Notes: a model not told the origin generated them from the sequence alone. A DNA stretch of 64,000 bases from Escherichia coli (GCF_017348835.2 NZ_CP071375.1), one strand, 5' to 3'; positions 20,680 through 32,951 are shown, counted from the first letter of the stretch. Numbers and translations are program-made.

Positions 20680-21600
20680 ATGTTTCCACAATGCAAATTT
20701 TCCCGCGAGTTTCTGCATCCTCGCTACTGGCTCACATGGTTTGGGCTTGGTGTACTCTGGCTTTGGGTACAGCTTCCTTATCCTGTTCTCTGCTTTCTCG
20801 GCACGCGTATTGGCGCAATGGCGCGACCATTCCTGAAACGGCGTGAATCTATCGCCCGTAAAAACCTGGAACTTTGCTTCCCGCAGCATTCTGCGGAAGA
20901 ACGCGAGAAGATGATTGCCGAAAACTTTCGTTCACTCGGCATGGCGCTGGTAGAAACCGGCATGGCGTGGTTCTGGCCCGACAGTCGCGTACGTAAATGG
21001 TTTGATGTTGAAGGGCTGGATAACCTTAAACGCGCACAAATGCAAAATCGCGGCGTAATGGTTGTCGGCGTCCATTTTATGTCGCTGGAACTGGGCGGCC
21101 GCGTGATGGGACTTTGTCAGCCAATGATGGCTACCTATCGTCCACATAATAATCAGCTGATGGAATGGGTGCAGACCCGTGGTCGCATGCGCTCTAACAA
21201 AGCGATGATCGGCAGAAATAATCTGCGCGGCATTGTCAGTGCACTGAAGAAAGGTGAAGCGGTATGGTTTGCTCCCGATCAGGATTATGGTCGTAAAGGC
21301 AGCTCCTTCGCGCCGTTCTTTGCGGTAGAAAATGTCGCCACAACCAATGGCACCTATGTTCTCTCCCGTCTCTCTGGCGCAGCCATGTTGACCGTAACGA
21401 TGGTAAGAAAAGCGGATTACAGCGGATATCGTTTGTTCATCACCCCAGAGATGGAAGGCTACCCGACAGATGAAAATCAAGCCGCTGCCTATATGAACAA
21501 GATTATCGAGAAAGAGATCATGCGCGCACCGGAGCAGTACCTCTGGATCCACCGTCGCTTTAAAACGCGCCCGGTGGGAGAATCGTCGTTATACATTTAA
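20680..21600 (+). CDS. lpxP: Lipid A palmitoleoyl-ACP acyltransferase (cold-induced LpxL paralogue)
   Basis: ORF 20614-21600 trimmed to the internal ATG (MFPQCKFSREFLHPRYWLTWFG), 306 aa; lauroyl/myristoyl acyltransferase family. Confidence 0.9.
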   Translation: MFPQCKFSREFLHPRYWLTWFGLGVLWLWVQLPYPVLCFLGTRIGAMARPFLKRRESIARKNLELCFPQHSAEEREKMIAENFRSLGMALVETGMAWFWPDSRVRKWFDVEGLDNLKRAQMQNRGVMVVGVHFMSLELGGRVMGLCQPMMATYRPHNNQLMEWVQTRGRMRSNKAMIGRNNLRGIVSALKKGEAVWFAPDQDYGRKGSSFAPFFAVENVATTNGTYVLSRLSGAAMLTVTMVRKADYSGYRLFITPEMEGYPTDENQAAAYMNKIIEKEIMRAPEQYLWIHRRFKTRPVGESSLYI

Positions 21601-21955
21601 CAAACTGCTCTGACTCTTTACCTCCTCACATAAGCCATAATAACCTCATGGTTTTTATGGCTTTTTTCTTAAGGTTTTTTCCTTCGCTGAATATCTAATT
21701 ATTACCGTCAGAAATTAAACTGTCGCCGATATGAGACACCTGTAAGTTACTAAAAGTAAATAAGAAAATGCCTCTTGTCTCGTTTCAGTTTTAGGCGTAC
21801 ATTAGCGCCGTCTCGAGCAGTTTAGCTCAGAATTCTGGGGTGATGCCCACGGTAAAATACAGGACTTTTAAGGTCGTTTTGCCCGGTGTCAACTCACTGT
21901 ATCAGGTGTAATGAAGTCATTCAGGCGTAACAGCAATTACGCGGAGAGATGTAAA

Positions 21956-22027
21956 GTGAAATATTTCTTTATGGGCATTTCTTTTATGGTCATCGTTTGG
22001 GCCGGTACTTTTGCCCTGATGATCTAA
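21956..22027 (+). CDS. ypdK: Small membrane protein (23 aa), missed by the 60-aa ORF cutoff
   Basis: GTG start preceded by GGAGA at about 8 nt; encodes MKYFFMGISFMVIVWAGTFALMI, a single predicted TM helix; followed by a terminator hairpin. Confidence 0.7.
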   Translation: MKYFFMGISFMVIVWAGTFALMI

Positions 22028-22035
22028 AAGCAAAC

Positions 22036-22066
22036 TGTGCAATGAAAAACAGGAGCCATCAGGCTC
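22036..22066. terminator. Bidirectional intrinsic terminator between ypdK and alaC
   Basis: Hairpin AACAGGAGCC-atca-GGCTCCTGTT flanked by A-run and T-run. Confidence 0.65.
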
Positions 22067-22091
22067 CTGTTTGCATTTCTGAGGTCGGTGT

Positions 22092-23330
22092 TTATTCCGC
22101 GTTTTCGTGAATATGTTTGCTGCTGGCGGGTAGTAAACCGTCGGCACGGAACATCGCTTTAATCCCACGAATCGCCTGACGAATACGGTCGCGGTTTTCA
22201 ATCAGTGCAAAGCGCACATGCGTATCACCATAGTCGCCAAAGCCGATCCCCGGCGAGACACAAACCTTCGCTTCGTTAAGTAATTTCTTGGCAAACTCCA
22301 GCGAGCCCATGGCAGCGTAAGGTTCAGGGATTTTCGCCCAGACATACATCGAAGCCTTCGGCATTTCGACCATCCAGCCCGCTTCATGCAGCCCTTTAAC
22401 CAATACATCACGGCGGCGTTTGTACTGTTCGGCAATGTCGCGCACGCACTGTTGATCGCCCTCGAGTGCCGCAATCGCCGCCACCTGCAACGGCGTAAAG
22501 GTGCCGTAATCGTGATAGCTTTTAATACGTGCCAGGACGCTGACCAGCGTTTTGTTGCCAACCATAAAGCCGATACGCCAGCCCGCCATGTTGTAGCTTT
22601 TCGACAGCGTAAAGAACTCGACCGCCACATCGCATGCACCCGGCACCTGCATGATTGACGGCGCTTTCCAGCCATCGTAGACGATATCGGCATAGGCCAG
22701 GTCATGGACCACCAGCACATCGTAGCGTTTCGCCAGCGCCACAACCTTTTCGAAGAACTCCAGTTCCACGCATTGCGCGGTTGGGTTCGACGGGAAGCCG
22801 AGGATCATCATCTTCGGTTTCGGATAACTTTCACGAATGGCGCGCTCCAGTTCGTTGAAGAAATCGACACCTTCCACCAGCGGCACTGAGCGTACCTGAG
22901 CCCCGGCAATCACCGCGCCGTAAATATGAATGGGGTAACTTGGATTCGGCACCAGCACTGTGTCACCGTGATCCAGTGTCGCCAGCATCAGATGCGCCAG
23001 GCCCTCTTTCGAACCAATAGTGACGATGGCTTCTGATTCCGGGTCGATTTCAACGTCGTAGCGATCCTGATACCAGCGGGAAATGGCGCGACGTAGCCGC
23101 GGAATACCGCGTGAAGTGGAGTAACCATGCGTGTCCGGGCGCTGGGCCACAGTACATAATTTTTCGACGATATGCGGCGGAGTCGCACCGTCCGGGTTAC
23201 CCATACTGAAATCGATAATATCTTCGCCGCGCCGACGCGCAGCCATTTTCAGTTCAGCGGTAATGTTAAAAACATAGGGCGGGAGACGATCAATGCGCGT
23301 AAAGCGACGTTCAGGGCGAGTGTCAGCCAT
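22092..23330 (-). CDS. alaC: Glutamate-pyruvate aminotransferase (PLP-dependent, class I)
   Basis: 412-aa ORF with aminotransferase class I signature (...[12 protein letters not shown]...). Confidence 0.93.
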   Translation of the reverse strand: MADTRPERRFTRIDRLPPYVFNITAELKMAARRRGEDIIDFSMGNPDGATPPHIVEKLCTVAQRPDTHGYSTSRGIPRLRRAISRWYQDRYDVEIDPESEAIVTIGSKEGLAHLMLATLDHGDTVLVPNPSYPIHIYGAVIAGAQVRSVPLVEGVDFFNELERAIRESYPKPKMMILGFPSNPTAQCVELEFFEKVVALAKRYDVLVVHDLAYADIVYDGWKAPSIMQVPGACDVAVEFFTLSKSYNMAGWRIGFMVGNKTLVSVLARIKSYHDYGTFTPLQVAAIAALEGDQQCVRDIAEQYKRRRDVLVKGLHEAGWMVEMPKASMYVWAKIPEPYAAMGSLEFAKKLLNEAKVCVSPGIGFGDYGDTHVRFALIENRDRIRQAIRGIKAMFRADGLLPASSKHIHENAE

Positions 23331-23706
23331 AATTTCCTCAGATTAACGTTAGCGCCCGGACCGTCCGAGCGACGCTGCCACGATGGTGGCTGTTTTGAAA
23401 ATAGCCTGATTAATTTCTGTCTGTCCAGCGTTTTAGAACATTTTTATTAATGACGTTAAATGAGGAACTCTGCTTTAAAAACAGGAAATTTATCTGCGCT
23501 AACAAGAAAATTACCACTCATTTTATTAACATAATAATTTCAATAAATTTACTAACCAGAAGTGCATTATCAAGAGATGCATTGCTAATACACCATTTAT
23601 CTATCAATCCCATTTTAAAATTGTGGTTTTTCCTCAAAAACGGCCTGCTGGTCATCAGCCTTCAGGTTACCTATCATAGAGGTTTAATCCTTATTCAGAG
23701 TCACCC

Positions 23707-25404
23707 GTGCACGAAATATTCAACATGCTGCTGGCGGTCTTCGATCGGGCAGCGTTAATGCTTATCTGCCTGTTCTTTCTCATCCGTATCCGCCTGTTTC
23801 GCGAACTGTTGCACAAGTCGGCACACTCACCGAAAGAGTTGCTCGCCGTTACCGCCATTTTCTCGCTGTTCGCCCTGTTCAGCACCTGGTCCGGCGTTCC
23901 CGTAGAAGGCTCGCTGGTGAACGTACGTATTATCGCGGTGATGTCCGGCGGGATTCTGTTTGGCCCGTGGGTGGGCATCATTACCGGCGTGATTGCGGGT
24001 ATTCATCGTTATTTAATTGATATCGGCGGCGTGACGGCGATCCCCTGCTTTATCACCAGCATTCTGGCTGGTTGTATATCGGGCTGGATCAACCTGAAAA
24101 TCCCCAAAGCACAGCGCTGGCGCGTCGGTATTCTCGGCGGCATGTTGTGTGAAACGTTGACCATGATTCTGGTGATTGTCTGGGCACCAACTACCGCGTT
24201 GGGGATCGATATCGTCTCTAAAATCGGGATTCCAATGATCCTCGGCAGCGTCTGTATCGGCTTTATTGTGCTTCTGGTGCAAAGCGTTGAGGGCGAAAAA
24301 GAGGCCAGCGCCGCGCGGCAGGCCAAGTTGGCGCTGGATATCGCCAACAAAACGCTACCTCTGTTTCGCCATGTCAATAGCGAGTCATTACGCAAAGTTT
24401 GTGAAATTATTCGCGATGACATTCACGCCGATGCGGTGGCGATTACCAATACCGATCATGTGCTGGCCTATGTTGGCGTGGGTGAACATAACTATCAGAA
24501 TGGCGATGACTTCATTAGCCCGACTACCCGTCAGGCGATGAATTACGGAAAAATCATCATTAAAAACAATGATGAAGCCCACCGCACACCAGAGATTCAT
24601 TCCATGCTGGTGATCCCATTGTGGGAGAAAGGCGTTGTGACCGGAACGCTGAAAATTTACTACTGCCACGCGCATCAGATAACCTCGTCATTACAGGAAA
24701 TGGCGGTTGGTCTGTCGCAAATCATCTCCACGCAACTGGAGGTTTCACGCGCCGAGCAGCTACGTGAAATGGCAAATAAGGCAGAGCTTCGCGCCCTGCA
24801 AAGCAAAATTAATCCCCATTTCCTGTTTAACGCTTTGAACGCTATTTCATCGTCGATCCGTCTGAATCCGGATACCGCTCGCCAGCTGATCTTTAATCTG
24901 TCGCGTTATCTGCGCTATAACATTGAATTAAAAGACGATGAGCAAATCGATATCAAAAAAGAGCTGTATCAAATTAAAGACTATATTGCCATTGAGCAGG
25001 CCCGCTTTGGCGACAAGCTGACGGTTATCTATGATATTGATGAAGAGGTGAATTGCTGCATTCCCAGCCTGCTGATCCAGCCGTTGGTGGAGAATGCCAT
25101 TGTCCACGGTATCCAGCCTTGCAAAGGTAAAGGCGTTGTCACCATCAGCGTTGCAGAGTGCGGCAATCGGGTACGCATTGCGGTGCGGGATACCGGGCAC
25201 GGCATCGATCCAAAGGTGATTGAGCGGGTCGAAGCGAATGAAATGCCGGGCAATAAAATTGGCCTGCTGAATGTTCATCATCGCGTGAAGTTATTGTATG
25301 GCGAGGGGCTGCATATCCGCCGCCTGGAACCAGGAACGGAAATTGCGTTTTACATTCCTAACCAACGCACCCCAGTCGCCTCACAGGCTACGTTATTGCT
25401 TTGA
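23707..25404 (+). CDS. ypdA: LytS-type sensor histidine kinase (pyruvate-responsive two-component sensor)
   Basis: 565-aa ORF with a 5TM-LytS N-terminal domain, GAF-like region and His-kinase/HATPase C-terminus. Confidence 0.92.
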
Positions 25405-25418
25405 GCCGGAGTGATATT

Positions 25419-26153
25419 GTGAAAGTCATCATTGTTGAAGACGAATTCCTGGCACAACAGGAACTGAGCTGGCTAATTAAAGAGCACAGCCAGATGGAGA
25501 TTGTCGGCACCTTTGACGACGGTCTGGACGTGTTGAAGTTTTTGCAGCATAACCGCGTCGACGCCATTTTTCTGGATATCAATATTCCGTCGCTGGATGG
25601 TGTGTTGCTGGCGCAAAACATCAGCCAGTTCGCCCATAAACCGTTTATTGTGTTCATCACCGCGTGGAAAGAACATGCGGTAGAAGCGTTTGAACTTGAG
25701 GCGTTTGACTACATTCTCAAACCGTATCAGGAGTCTCGCATTACCGGGATGCTGCAAAAACTGGAAGCGGCCTGGCAGCAACAGCAGACCAGCAGCACGC
25801 CTGCCGCGACGGTAACGCGTGAGAATGACACCATTAATCTGGTGAAAGATGAGCGAATAATCGTCACGCCAATTAACGATATCTATTACGCCGAAGCGCA
25901 CGAGAAAATGACCTTTGTCTATACGCGGCGTGAATCCTACGTAATGCCGATGAACATTACCGAATTTTGCAGCAAACTGCCGCCGTCGCATTTTTTCCGC
26001 TGCCATCGCTCATTTTGTGTCAATCTGAACAAAATCCGCGAAATCGAACCGTGGTTTAATAACACCTATATTCTGCGGCTGAAAGATCTGGATTTTGAAG
26101 TGCCAGTCAGCCGCAGCAAAGTAAAAGAATTTCGCCAGTTAATGCATCTTTAA
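25419..26153 (+). CDS. ypdB: LytTR-family response regulator
   Basis: ORF 25401-26153 (TTG in the track) trimmed to the GTG giving MKVIIVEDEF, with GGAG 8 nt upstream, 244 aa; receiver plus LytTR DNA-binding domain. Confidence 0.9.
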   Translation: MKVIIVEDEFLAQQELSWLIKEHSQMEIVGTFDDGLDVLKFLQHNRVDAIFLDINIPSLDGVLLAQNISQFAHKPFIVFITAWKEHAVEAFELEAFDYILKPYQESRITGMLQKLEAAWQQQQTSSTPAATVTRENDTINLVKDERIIVTPINDIYYAEAHEKMTFVYTRRESYVMPMNITEFCSKLPPSHFFRCHRSFCVNLNKIREIEPWFNNTYILRLKDLDFEVPVSRSKVKEFRQLMHL

Positions 26154-26165
26154 TCGGGAACTTTC

Positions 26166-27023
26166 ATGAAAGCACCAGGCTTGCCCGCCGATCAACAATT
26201 TTTCGCCGATCTGTTCAGCGGCCTGGTGCTTAACCCGCAACTACTGGGGCGCGTCTGTTTTGCCAGCCAGCCTGCCTCGTTGCCGGTGGGCAGTTTATGT
26301 ATTGATTTTCCCCGTCTGGATATCGTGCTGCGCGGCGAATACGGCAATCTGCTGGAAGCAAAGCAGCAACGTTTGGTGGAAGGAGAAATGCTGTTTATTC
26401 CGGCGCGCGCGGCTAATTTACCGGTCAACAACAAACCGGTGATGCTGTTAAGCCTGGTGTTCGCTCCGACCTGGCTTGGGTTATCGTTTTACGATAGCCG
26501 CACCACGTCGTTGTTGCATCCTGCTCGCCAGATCCAGCTTCCCAGCCTGCAACGCGGTGAAGGTGAAGCGATGCTTACCGCCCTCACCCATCTTAGCCGT
26601 TCGCCGCTGGAGCAAAATATCATTCAGCCGCTGGTGTTAAGTTTGCTGCATCTTTGCCGTAACGTGGTGAATATGCCGCCGGGCAATTCACAGCCGCGCG
26701 GCGATTTTCTCTATCACAGCATTTGTAACTGGGTTCAGGATAATTATGCCCAGCCGCTCACCCGCGAGAGCGTGGCGCAGTTTTTTAATATCACGCCCAA
26801 TCATCTGTCAAAACTGTTTGCTCAGCATGGAACGATGCGTTTTATCGAGTATGTGCGTTGGGTGCGAATGGCGAAGGCGAGGATGATTTTGCAGAAATAT
26901 CATCTGTCAATTCATGAAGTGGCACAGCGTTGCGGTTTTCCGGATAGCGACTATTTTTGTCGCGTTTTCCGGCGTCAGTTTGGTCTGACGCCGGGAGAGT
27001 ACAGCGCCCGTTTTCAGGGCTAA
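26166..27023 (+). CDS. ypdC: AraC-family transcriptional regulator
   Basis: 285-aa ORF with a C-terminal AraC-type HTH. Confidence 0.9.
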   Translation: MKAPGLPADQQFFADLFSGLVLNPQLLGRVCFASQPASLPVGSLCIDFPRLDIVLRGEYGNLLEAKQQRLVEGEMLFIPARAANLPVNNKPVMLLSLVFAPTWLGLSFYDSRTTSLLHPARQIQLPSLQRGEGEAMLTALTHLSRSPLEQNIIQPLVLSLLHLCRNVVNMPPGNSQPRGDFLYHSICNWVQDNYAQPLTRESVAQFFNITPNHLSKLFAQHGTMRFIEYVRWVRMAKARMILQKYHLSIHEVAQRCGFPDSDYFCRVFRRQFGLTPGEYSARFQG

Positions 27024-27025
27024 CG

Positions 27026-29521
27026 TCAGAAGGTTAATTCTGTTTCCAGCAGCGTCAGGATACTTTGTGCATCTTGCGCGGCAAACAACGACTGGCGGAA
27101 GTTTTTATTCACCAGTTTACGCGCCAGCTGCGAGAAGACTTTCACATGATTCATCCCTTCGTTAGCGCCCAGCGTCAGCATGATCACCAGTTCGACTTCG
27201 CCCATTTCTGACTGCCAGTCAACCGGTTTCACCAGCCGGGCAATGCTGATACTGGAATGACGGATCCACTGCGATTTGGTGTGCGGGATCGCCACGCCAA
27301 AACCAACGCCAGTGGTGACAATCTCTTCCCGCTGCCAGACATCCTCTTCCAGCTCGAACGGATGTTCAGTGCGCCCGTTAACGCCGAGGTTACCGCACAG
27401 GAACTGGATCGCCTGCTCTTTATTGCTAAAGGCCTGATCAACGAAGATATTCTCCAGCGCCAGCAGCGGGCGAACGTCTTCTTCCGGCGTAAAGGCGGTG
27501 AGTAACGCTTCAATTTCCTGCGCGCTGCGACATTCACACGCCTGACGTGCCAGTTCCCGACACGCCTCGCTATCCAGTTGACGAAGCTGGCTTTTCACCG
27601 CCGGAATGCGCGGGCTACTCATACTCAGCTCATCCAGGCCCAGCCCAAGCAGTAGCGGCAGGTAACGACTTTCGCCTCCCAGTTCACCGCAAATGCCTAC
27701 CCATTTGCCCCGCTGATGCGCAGTGGTAACTATTTGCTGCAACATGCGCAGGAACGATGGCGTAATCGGGTTATATAGCGGCGATACGCGCGGGTTATTA
27801 CGATCGACCGCATAAAGATACTGGGTCATATCGTTGGAGCCGATACTGAAGAAATCGACCTCATCGCAGAAGTGATCGATGATGTAGCACACCGACGGCA
27901 CTTCCACCATGATACCCAGCGTAATCGTCTCTGCATGACGCAGGCCATCGCGCTTAAGCTCAACGATCGCTTTTTGGATCTCGCCCTTCACCCATAAGAT
28001 CTGATCGAGGCTGTGGACCATCGGGATCATCAACTGGGCGTTGCCGAAACTGGCGGCGCGCAAAATGGCCCGCAGTTGAGTGCGGAACAGGCCAGCAAAT
28101 TCCGGGTAAATACGTACCGCGCGATAGCCGAGGAACGGGTTCTCTTCCTGGGGAATATTCAGATAAGGAATGCTTTTATCGCCTCCGATGTCCATTGTGC
28201 GGAAGATAATCGGCTTATCGCCCGCTGCCAGTAGCACCTGCTGGTAGGCTTCAAATTGCTCCTGCTCGTCCGGCGCGCTGTCGCGATCCATATAGAGCAT
28301 TTCGGTACGGAACAGCCCGACGCCTTCCGCGCCGTTGGCAAACGCGCCAGGCGCTTCCAGAGCGGTGCCAATATTCGCCGCGATATCAATACGCTTGTTA
28401 TCACGGGAATAAGCCAGCTGCGCGGCAGCCTGCGCCTGTTGTTTTTGGCGTTTATCCGCCAGCGTCTGCGCGACCTGATAATAACCGCTCACCGCGTCAT
28501 TCGGGTTAATCGCCAGCACGCCGCACTGGGCGTCAAGCACTGCAGGTTGCCCGGCATAACGGGCAATCGCATCCAGCGGCAGGCCGCTCAGTACCGGGAT
28601 CGCCGAGGCGCGGGCCAGAATCAGGGTATGCGAGGTGCGCCCGGTTTTCTCCAGAATCATGCCCGCAAGATTTTTCAAATCAAGGCTCAAAAACTGGCTT
28701 GGGGTTAAATCTTCAGCCACCAGAATGGTCGGTTTTTCAAGCACCAGATTGTTGCGCGGCTTCAGTTCCGGCCAGGTGATATGCAGCAACTGTTCGCTGA
28801 TATCGCGAATGTCGCTAACCCGCTCGCGCAGATAATCGCTGGCAGAAGCAGATAGTTTGGCGCAAACCTGCTCCATATTGCTGATGATCGCCGCCCCCAG
28901 CCCCTGATGCTGTTCTGTCATCAGGCGACGGATATTGCCCGCGAACTCATCATCCTGAATCAGCGACAAATGGGCGCTGAGGATAGTTTTGCTTTCGCCG
29001 TCACGCTCACGCAATTGCTGGTTCAGTTGCTCGGCAAGCGTTGCCAGGCTGTGCTCCAGCCGGGTGGAGTCTTGCGCACTGGCGGGGATTGCCCGATAAC
29101 TGTCGAGGCTGTCGCTTTGTAACAGGGTCAGCGTACCCACGCCGACGCCGCTTGCCAGCACATTGCCGTACAGTAAATCCGGGTTAAGGCGGCTTAATGA
29201 ACGCGGCAGCGGATGCGCCGTCAGTTCTGCCTGCGTTGGCTGAACGCTGTCGCTGTCAATAAAGCACACCTGGATGTACTCTTCCAGCACGCGCCGCGCC
29301 TGCTCTTCATCGCTGCCGCTAATGTTCAGGCTGCAACTGTCATTAAATAAGGTGCCGGTGCCAATCAGCGCCAGCGAGCTTTTGGCATCGGCCTTTGCGT
29401 TCTGGCGATGGTTGATGAAGGTGATTTCGCTTTGCCACTGGCTGCACTGTTCTTTAAGTTCCCACGCCGGACGGGCATGAAGACCGTTAGGCAAAGGACA
29501 GAGAAATTGAATCGTTAGCAT
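27026..29521 (-). CDS. fryA: PTS multiphosphoryl transfer protein (HPr-like, Enzyme I-like and EIIA-Fru-like domains)
   Basis: 831-aa ORF with HPr-like N-terminus, PEP-utilising enzyme core and a C-terminal EIIA domain. Confidence 0.92.
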   Translation of the reverse strand: MLTIQFLCPLPNGLHARPAWELKEQCSQWQSEITFINHRQNAKADAKSSLALIGTGTLFNDSCSLNISGSDEEQARRVLEEYIQVCFIDSDSVQPTQAELTAHPLPRSLSRLNPDLLYGNVLASGVGVGTLTLLQSDSLDSYRAIPASAQDSTRLEHSLATLAEQLNQQLRERDGESKTILSAHLSLIQDDEFAGNIRRLMTEQHQGLGAAIISNMEQVCAKLSASASDYLRERVSDIRDISEQLLHITWPELKPRNNLVLEKPTILVAEDLTPSQFLSLDLKNLAGMILEKTGRTSHTLILARASAIPVLSGLPLDAIARYAGQPAVLDAQCGVLAINPNDAVSGYYQVAQTLADKRQKQQAQAAAQLAYSRDNKRIDIAANIGTALEAPGAFANGAEGVGLFRTEMLYMDRDSAPDEQEQFEAYQQVLLAAGDKPIIFRTMDIGGDKSIPYLNIPQEENPFLGYRAVRIYPEFAGLFRTQLRAILRAASFGNAQLMIPMVHSLDQILWVKGEIQKAIVELKRDGLRHAETITLGIMVEVPSVCYIIDHFCDEVDFFSIGSNDMTQYLYAVDRNNPRVSPLYNPITPSFLRMLQQIVTTAHQRGKWVGICGELGGESRYLPLLLGLGLDELSMSSPRIPAVKSQLRQLDSEACRELARQACECRSAQEIEALLTAFTPEEDVRPLLALENIFVDQAFSNKEQAIQFLCGNLGVNGRTEHPFELEEDVWQREEIVTTGVGFGVAIPHTKSQWIRHSSISIARLVKPVDWQSEMGEVELVIMLTLGANEGMNHVKVFSQLARKLVNKNFRQSLFAAQDAQSILTLLETELTF

Positions 29522-29545
29522 AACCGCTCCGGGTTAATCAGGAGA

Positions 29546-30583
29546 TCATCTGAAATCCGTCAGTTGAACAACCGTCTCACGCGTAAGACGTTGAATCAGG
29601 GCAGATAAAAGTTGCTGCATCTGCAAAATGTCGCGGCAATCGGCAATCGATGCGGCGCAATGTCCATGGCGGGTTGCTGGCCCCATCACCACTGTGGGCA
29701 CGCCGGTGCCGGTTAAGTGCACCGCCCCGCCGTCCGTGCCGCCGTTGCTGAACATATCTGCCTGCAACGGCACGCCAATTTCTGCCGCCACGGTTTCGAC
29801 CCAGGCGGTAAGTTTTGGCGGCGCAATCAGCGACTTGTCGCTTAACACCAGCATCGGGCCGTTACCAATCTGGCGATGGTTAGCCGCGCCATAATCAAAG
29901 TTTTTCGCCCAGCAGGCGGTATCAAGCACAATGGCGACGTCCGGCGACACCGCGCGGGTGGCAGTTTGCCCGCCGCGTAATCCCACCTCTTCGCTGGAAC
30001 TTGCCACCAGCCACACTTCCGCAGGCAGTTCGGCGTCGTGCAGCTCACATAGTAACGTCACCAGCAGATAGCAACCAAGGCGGTCATCAAAGGCTTTCCC
30101 CATCACTCGCTGGTGGGGGAGAACCTGAAAAGTGGTATCGAACGTGACGCGATCGCCTGGACGAATTCCCGCCTGCATCACTTCGTCATACGAGCGCGCG
30201 CCAATATCCACGCGCATGGCGCTGACGTCATTCCCCTGCCGGTCGCCGTCAAGCAGGCCTGGAATTTTGCACTCTTCACGGGTGGTGATGCGCACCGGCT
30301 GCAGCTGGCGGGCAGCCATGCGCACGTTGCCAACCGGCAGCACATCAATTGCGCCTTCGCGGGAGATACTGCGCACCATAAATCCAACTTCGTCCATATG
30401 CGCACAGATCATCACTTTCGGACCTGTCGATTCATTGAGGCGGATCAGCACCGATCCCAGCCCATCAAATCGCACTTCTTTTTGCAGGCGATCCGCTTCT
30501 TCCAGCAGGATCTGCCGCACTTCCTGTTCCGAGGAGGCGATCGCATCTGCCTCGCTCAACGCTTTCAATAGCGATAAATCCAT
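29546..30583 (-). CDS. ypdE: M42-family aminopeptidase
   Basis: 345-aa ORF of the FrvX/M42 peptidase family. Confidence 0.9.
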   Translation of the reverse strand: MDLSLLKALSEADAIASSEQEVRQILLEEADRLQKEVRFDGLGSVLIRLNESTGPKVMICAHMDEVGFMVRSISREGAIDVLPVGNVRMAARQLQPVRITTREECKIPGLLDGDRQGNDVSAMRVDIGARSYDEVMQAGIRPGDRVTFDTTFQVLPHQRVMGKAFDDRLGCYLLVTLLCELHDAELPAEVWLVASSSEEVGLRGGQTATRAVSPDVAIVLDTACWAKNFDYGAANHRQIGNGPMLVLSDKSLIAPPKLTAWVETVAAEIGVPLQADMFSNGGTDGGAVHLTGTGVPTVVMGPATRHGHCAASIADCRDILQMQQLLSALIQRLTRETVVQLTDFR

Positions 30584-31668
30584 TATGCCTCTCCCGTGAG
30601 CAACACTGTTTTCGGCATGGCGTAGAGCACTTCTGCGCCTTGCGGGGTGACCAGCACAACATCCTCGATGCGCACGCCCCCTTGCCCTGGCAAATAAATC
30701 CCCGGCTCCACGGTCAGTAACATGCCTGGCTGTAGCGTCGTGGTGTCCCGCGGTGAAAAGCGCGGATCTTCGTGTACTTCAATGCCGATAGCATGACCGG
30801 TGTTATGACCGAAATAGTCGCCATAACCGGCTTCTGTAATGACCCGGCGCGCGGCGTCGTCAACCTGCTGGCAGCGCACGCCGGGGCGAATTGCAGAGAT
30901 TGCTGCGAGCTGTGCCTGCAAAACAATCTGATAGACGTTAAACAGCGGATGAGATTCGGCGCTCACCCCTTCGCCATTCACCAGCAAGGTGCGCGTCATA
31001 TCAGAGCAGTAGCCCTGATACAGCGCACCGAAATCGAGAGTGACAAACTCGCCCGCTGCAACAATCTTGTCGCTGGCTTTGCCGTGCGGCAGCGCCCCAC
31101 GCCAGCCACTGGCGACAATGGTGTCAAAAGAGGCTTTTTCCGCGCCTTGCTGACGCATAAACCACTCCAGTTCAGCGGCTATCTCGCGCTCGCTCATCCC
31201 CGCCTGAATAAAGCGGCGAATATGCTCTGCACCGCGATCGGCAATCCCACAGGCAAGGCGGATTTTCTCCACCTCCTCTGGCGTTTTGATTTGCCGCAGC
31301 ACATCCGGCGTGGCGCTAACCAGTTTCGCATTGAGTTCAGACTGCCAGCGGTGCGCGGTTTCCCAACTCACCTGCTGGCCTTCAAAACCGAGCGTTTGCA
31401 ACTGCTCATCGGCAATGATTTGCCTGGCGATGGTTGTAAGCGTGTGCGTCGCGTCAAGCAAATGCAGCTGGTAACCTTGCGTGCGGGCTTCTACATCCGC
31501 GTAATAGCGCGAGTCCACCAGAATGTGCGCACTTTCACGGCTAATCAGCACATAGCCTGATCCGGTGGAGATCCCCAGATGCGGCTGTTTGTTCTGCCGT
31601 GAGGAGAGAAGCACCGCATCCAGTTGTTGCGCCTTAAGCCAGTCACGCAGCGAAGCGAGTAATGTCAT
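30583..31668 (-). CDS. ypdF: Xaa-Pro aminopeptidase (M24B)
   Basis: 361-aa ORF with M24 metal-ligand pattern; stop/start overlap with ypdE. Confidence 0.9.
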   Translation of the reverse strand: MTLLASLRDWLKAQQLDAVLLSSRQNKQPHLGISTGSGYVLISRESAHILVDSRYYADVEARTQGYQLHLLDATHTLTTIARQIIADEQLQTLGFEGQQVSWETAHRWQSELNAKLVSATPDVLRQIKTPEEVEKIRLACGIADRGAEHIRRFIQAGMSEREIAAELEWFMRQQGAEKASFDTIVASGWRGALPHGKASDKIVAAGEFVTLDFGALYQGYCSDMTRTLLVNGEGVSAESHPLFNVYQIVLQAQLAAISAIRPGVRCQQVDDAARRVITEAGYGDYFGHNTGHAIGIEVHEDPRFSPRDTTTLQPGMLLTVEPGIYLPGQGGVRIEDVVLVTPQGAEVLYAMPKTVLLTGEA

Positions 31669-31682
31669 CTGGATTTTCCTTC

Positions 31683-32930
31683 TTACAGGCTATCGATTAA
31701 CAATTTGCCTTTACGGAACATCATCAGACGCAGGAACACCACCATCAGCGCAGTAATGACTGCCCCCAGCGCGATCCCCGCCATGTAGACGCCGAGGTTA
31801 GTGACCAGCGGCCATGCCCAGATAGCGGATTCCGGGAACCATTGCACTGCGCCCAGCCAGACAGCGGCGGTTGAGCCGACAATCGCGCCGACCATATACG
31901 ACGGAATGGCGGTGATGGGGCTTTCCAGCGCAAACGGAATCGCACCCTCACTAATCCCCATAAACGCCAGGAACATGGCGGTCTTACCCTGCGGATAAAG
32001 TTGAGCGTTGAACAGGCGTTTGCCGGTTAAACGACGGTCGATAATGGTCGCCAGCCCCAGACCAATCGGCGGAATAACGATTGCGATAGAACGTGCGGTG
32101 ACCGGTAATACGTGGTCAGTGGTAAAGCTGAAGGCAACGAAACCTGCGGCTTTGTTGATCGGGCCACCAAGGTCGATTGCTGTCGCCGCGGCGATCCCCA
32201 TCGCATACATTAGCGCGCCCTTCTCACCTGCGGCAGTCAGCACGGTACGGATACCACCGTTGATCCAGCCGCCAAAGGGGGTGATCACGTAGTACATCGC
32301 CAGCATGACAAAAATGGCGGAAAGAATCGGGAGCAAAAATGTGGTTTTGAACGCTAACAGGAAATCCGGTAACTGGATTTTCTGGTTCATCCATTTCACA
32401 AGGTAACCGGCAACGATAGAAATAATCAGCGCACCAATGAAGGTGGACGGCACCGGCGAAGAGGTCGCCCATTGCATAGTGCTGGGATCGAAGTTCAGCA
32501 GTTGCGTCGGCTGGGTAGACATCAAGCCGCCGATAAAACCAGCCGGAAACGCCAGTTTGCCACCGATAGAGTTCGCCACAAAAGCAGCAAACATCGGAAT
32601 GGCAAAACCAAACAACACGCCGCCGAAGGACTGCGACAACCAGGCAAATTTCAGTAAGGAGAGGTCGAAACCGGAGAATTTCCCGCTATTAAGAGCATCC
32701 ATGATGCCGATATCAGCAGGAATTTTAAGCCAGCTATAAGCAATCAGCTGGCTGAAAGCGAGGATCACACCGCCCATAATTAAGGTCGGCACCATGCGTG
32801 AAATCCCTGACATCACATGCTGCGGGAGTTCACCCCAGAAGCTGCTTTTAGAGGCCTGCGGATTCTTAACTGCCGCTGCCGCACCGGATGCGCCAGGCAC
32901 AACGGTTGCACTGCGTTTTTTAATGGCCAT
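31683..32930 (-). CDS. fryC: PTS fructose-like EIIC permease
   Basis: 415-aa polytopic membrane ORF of the PTS EIIC fructose family. Confidence 0.92.
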   Translation of the reverse strand: MAIKKRSATVVPGASGAAAAVKNPQASKSSFWGELPQHVMSGISRMVPTLIMGGVILAFSQLIAYSWLKIPADIGIMDALNSGKFSGFDLSLLKFAWLSQSFGGVLFGFAIPMFAAFVANSIGGKLAFPAGFIGGLMSTQPTQLLNFDPSTMQWATSSPVPSTFIGALIISIVAGYLVKWMNQKIQLPDFLLAFKTTFLLPILSAIFVMLAMYYVITPFGGWINGGIRTVLTAAGEKGALMYAMGIAAATAIDLGGPINKAAGFVAFSFTTDHVLPVTARSIAIVIPPIGLGLATIIDRRLTGKRLFNAQLYPQGKTAMFLAFMGISEGAIPFALESPITAIPSYMVGAIVGSTAAVWLGAVQWFPESAIWAWPLVTNLGVYMAGIALGAVITALMVVFLRLMMFRKGKLLIDSL

Positions 32931-32951
32931 AACAATTATCCCTGTCGAATA

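Noticed and set aside
20932-21552. 206-aa minus-strand ORF inside lpxP
   Set aside because: Antisense to lpxP.
30772-31560. 262-aa ORF antisense to ypdF, plus overlapping ORFs 30113-30599
   Set aside because: Lies within and opposite the ypdE/ypdF coding sequences; Arg/Ala/His-rich composition typical of antisense frames in GC-rich genes.
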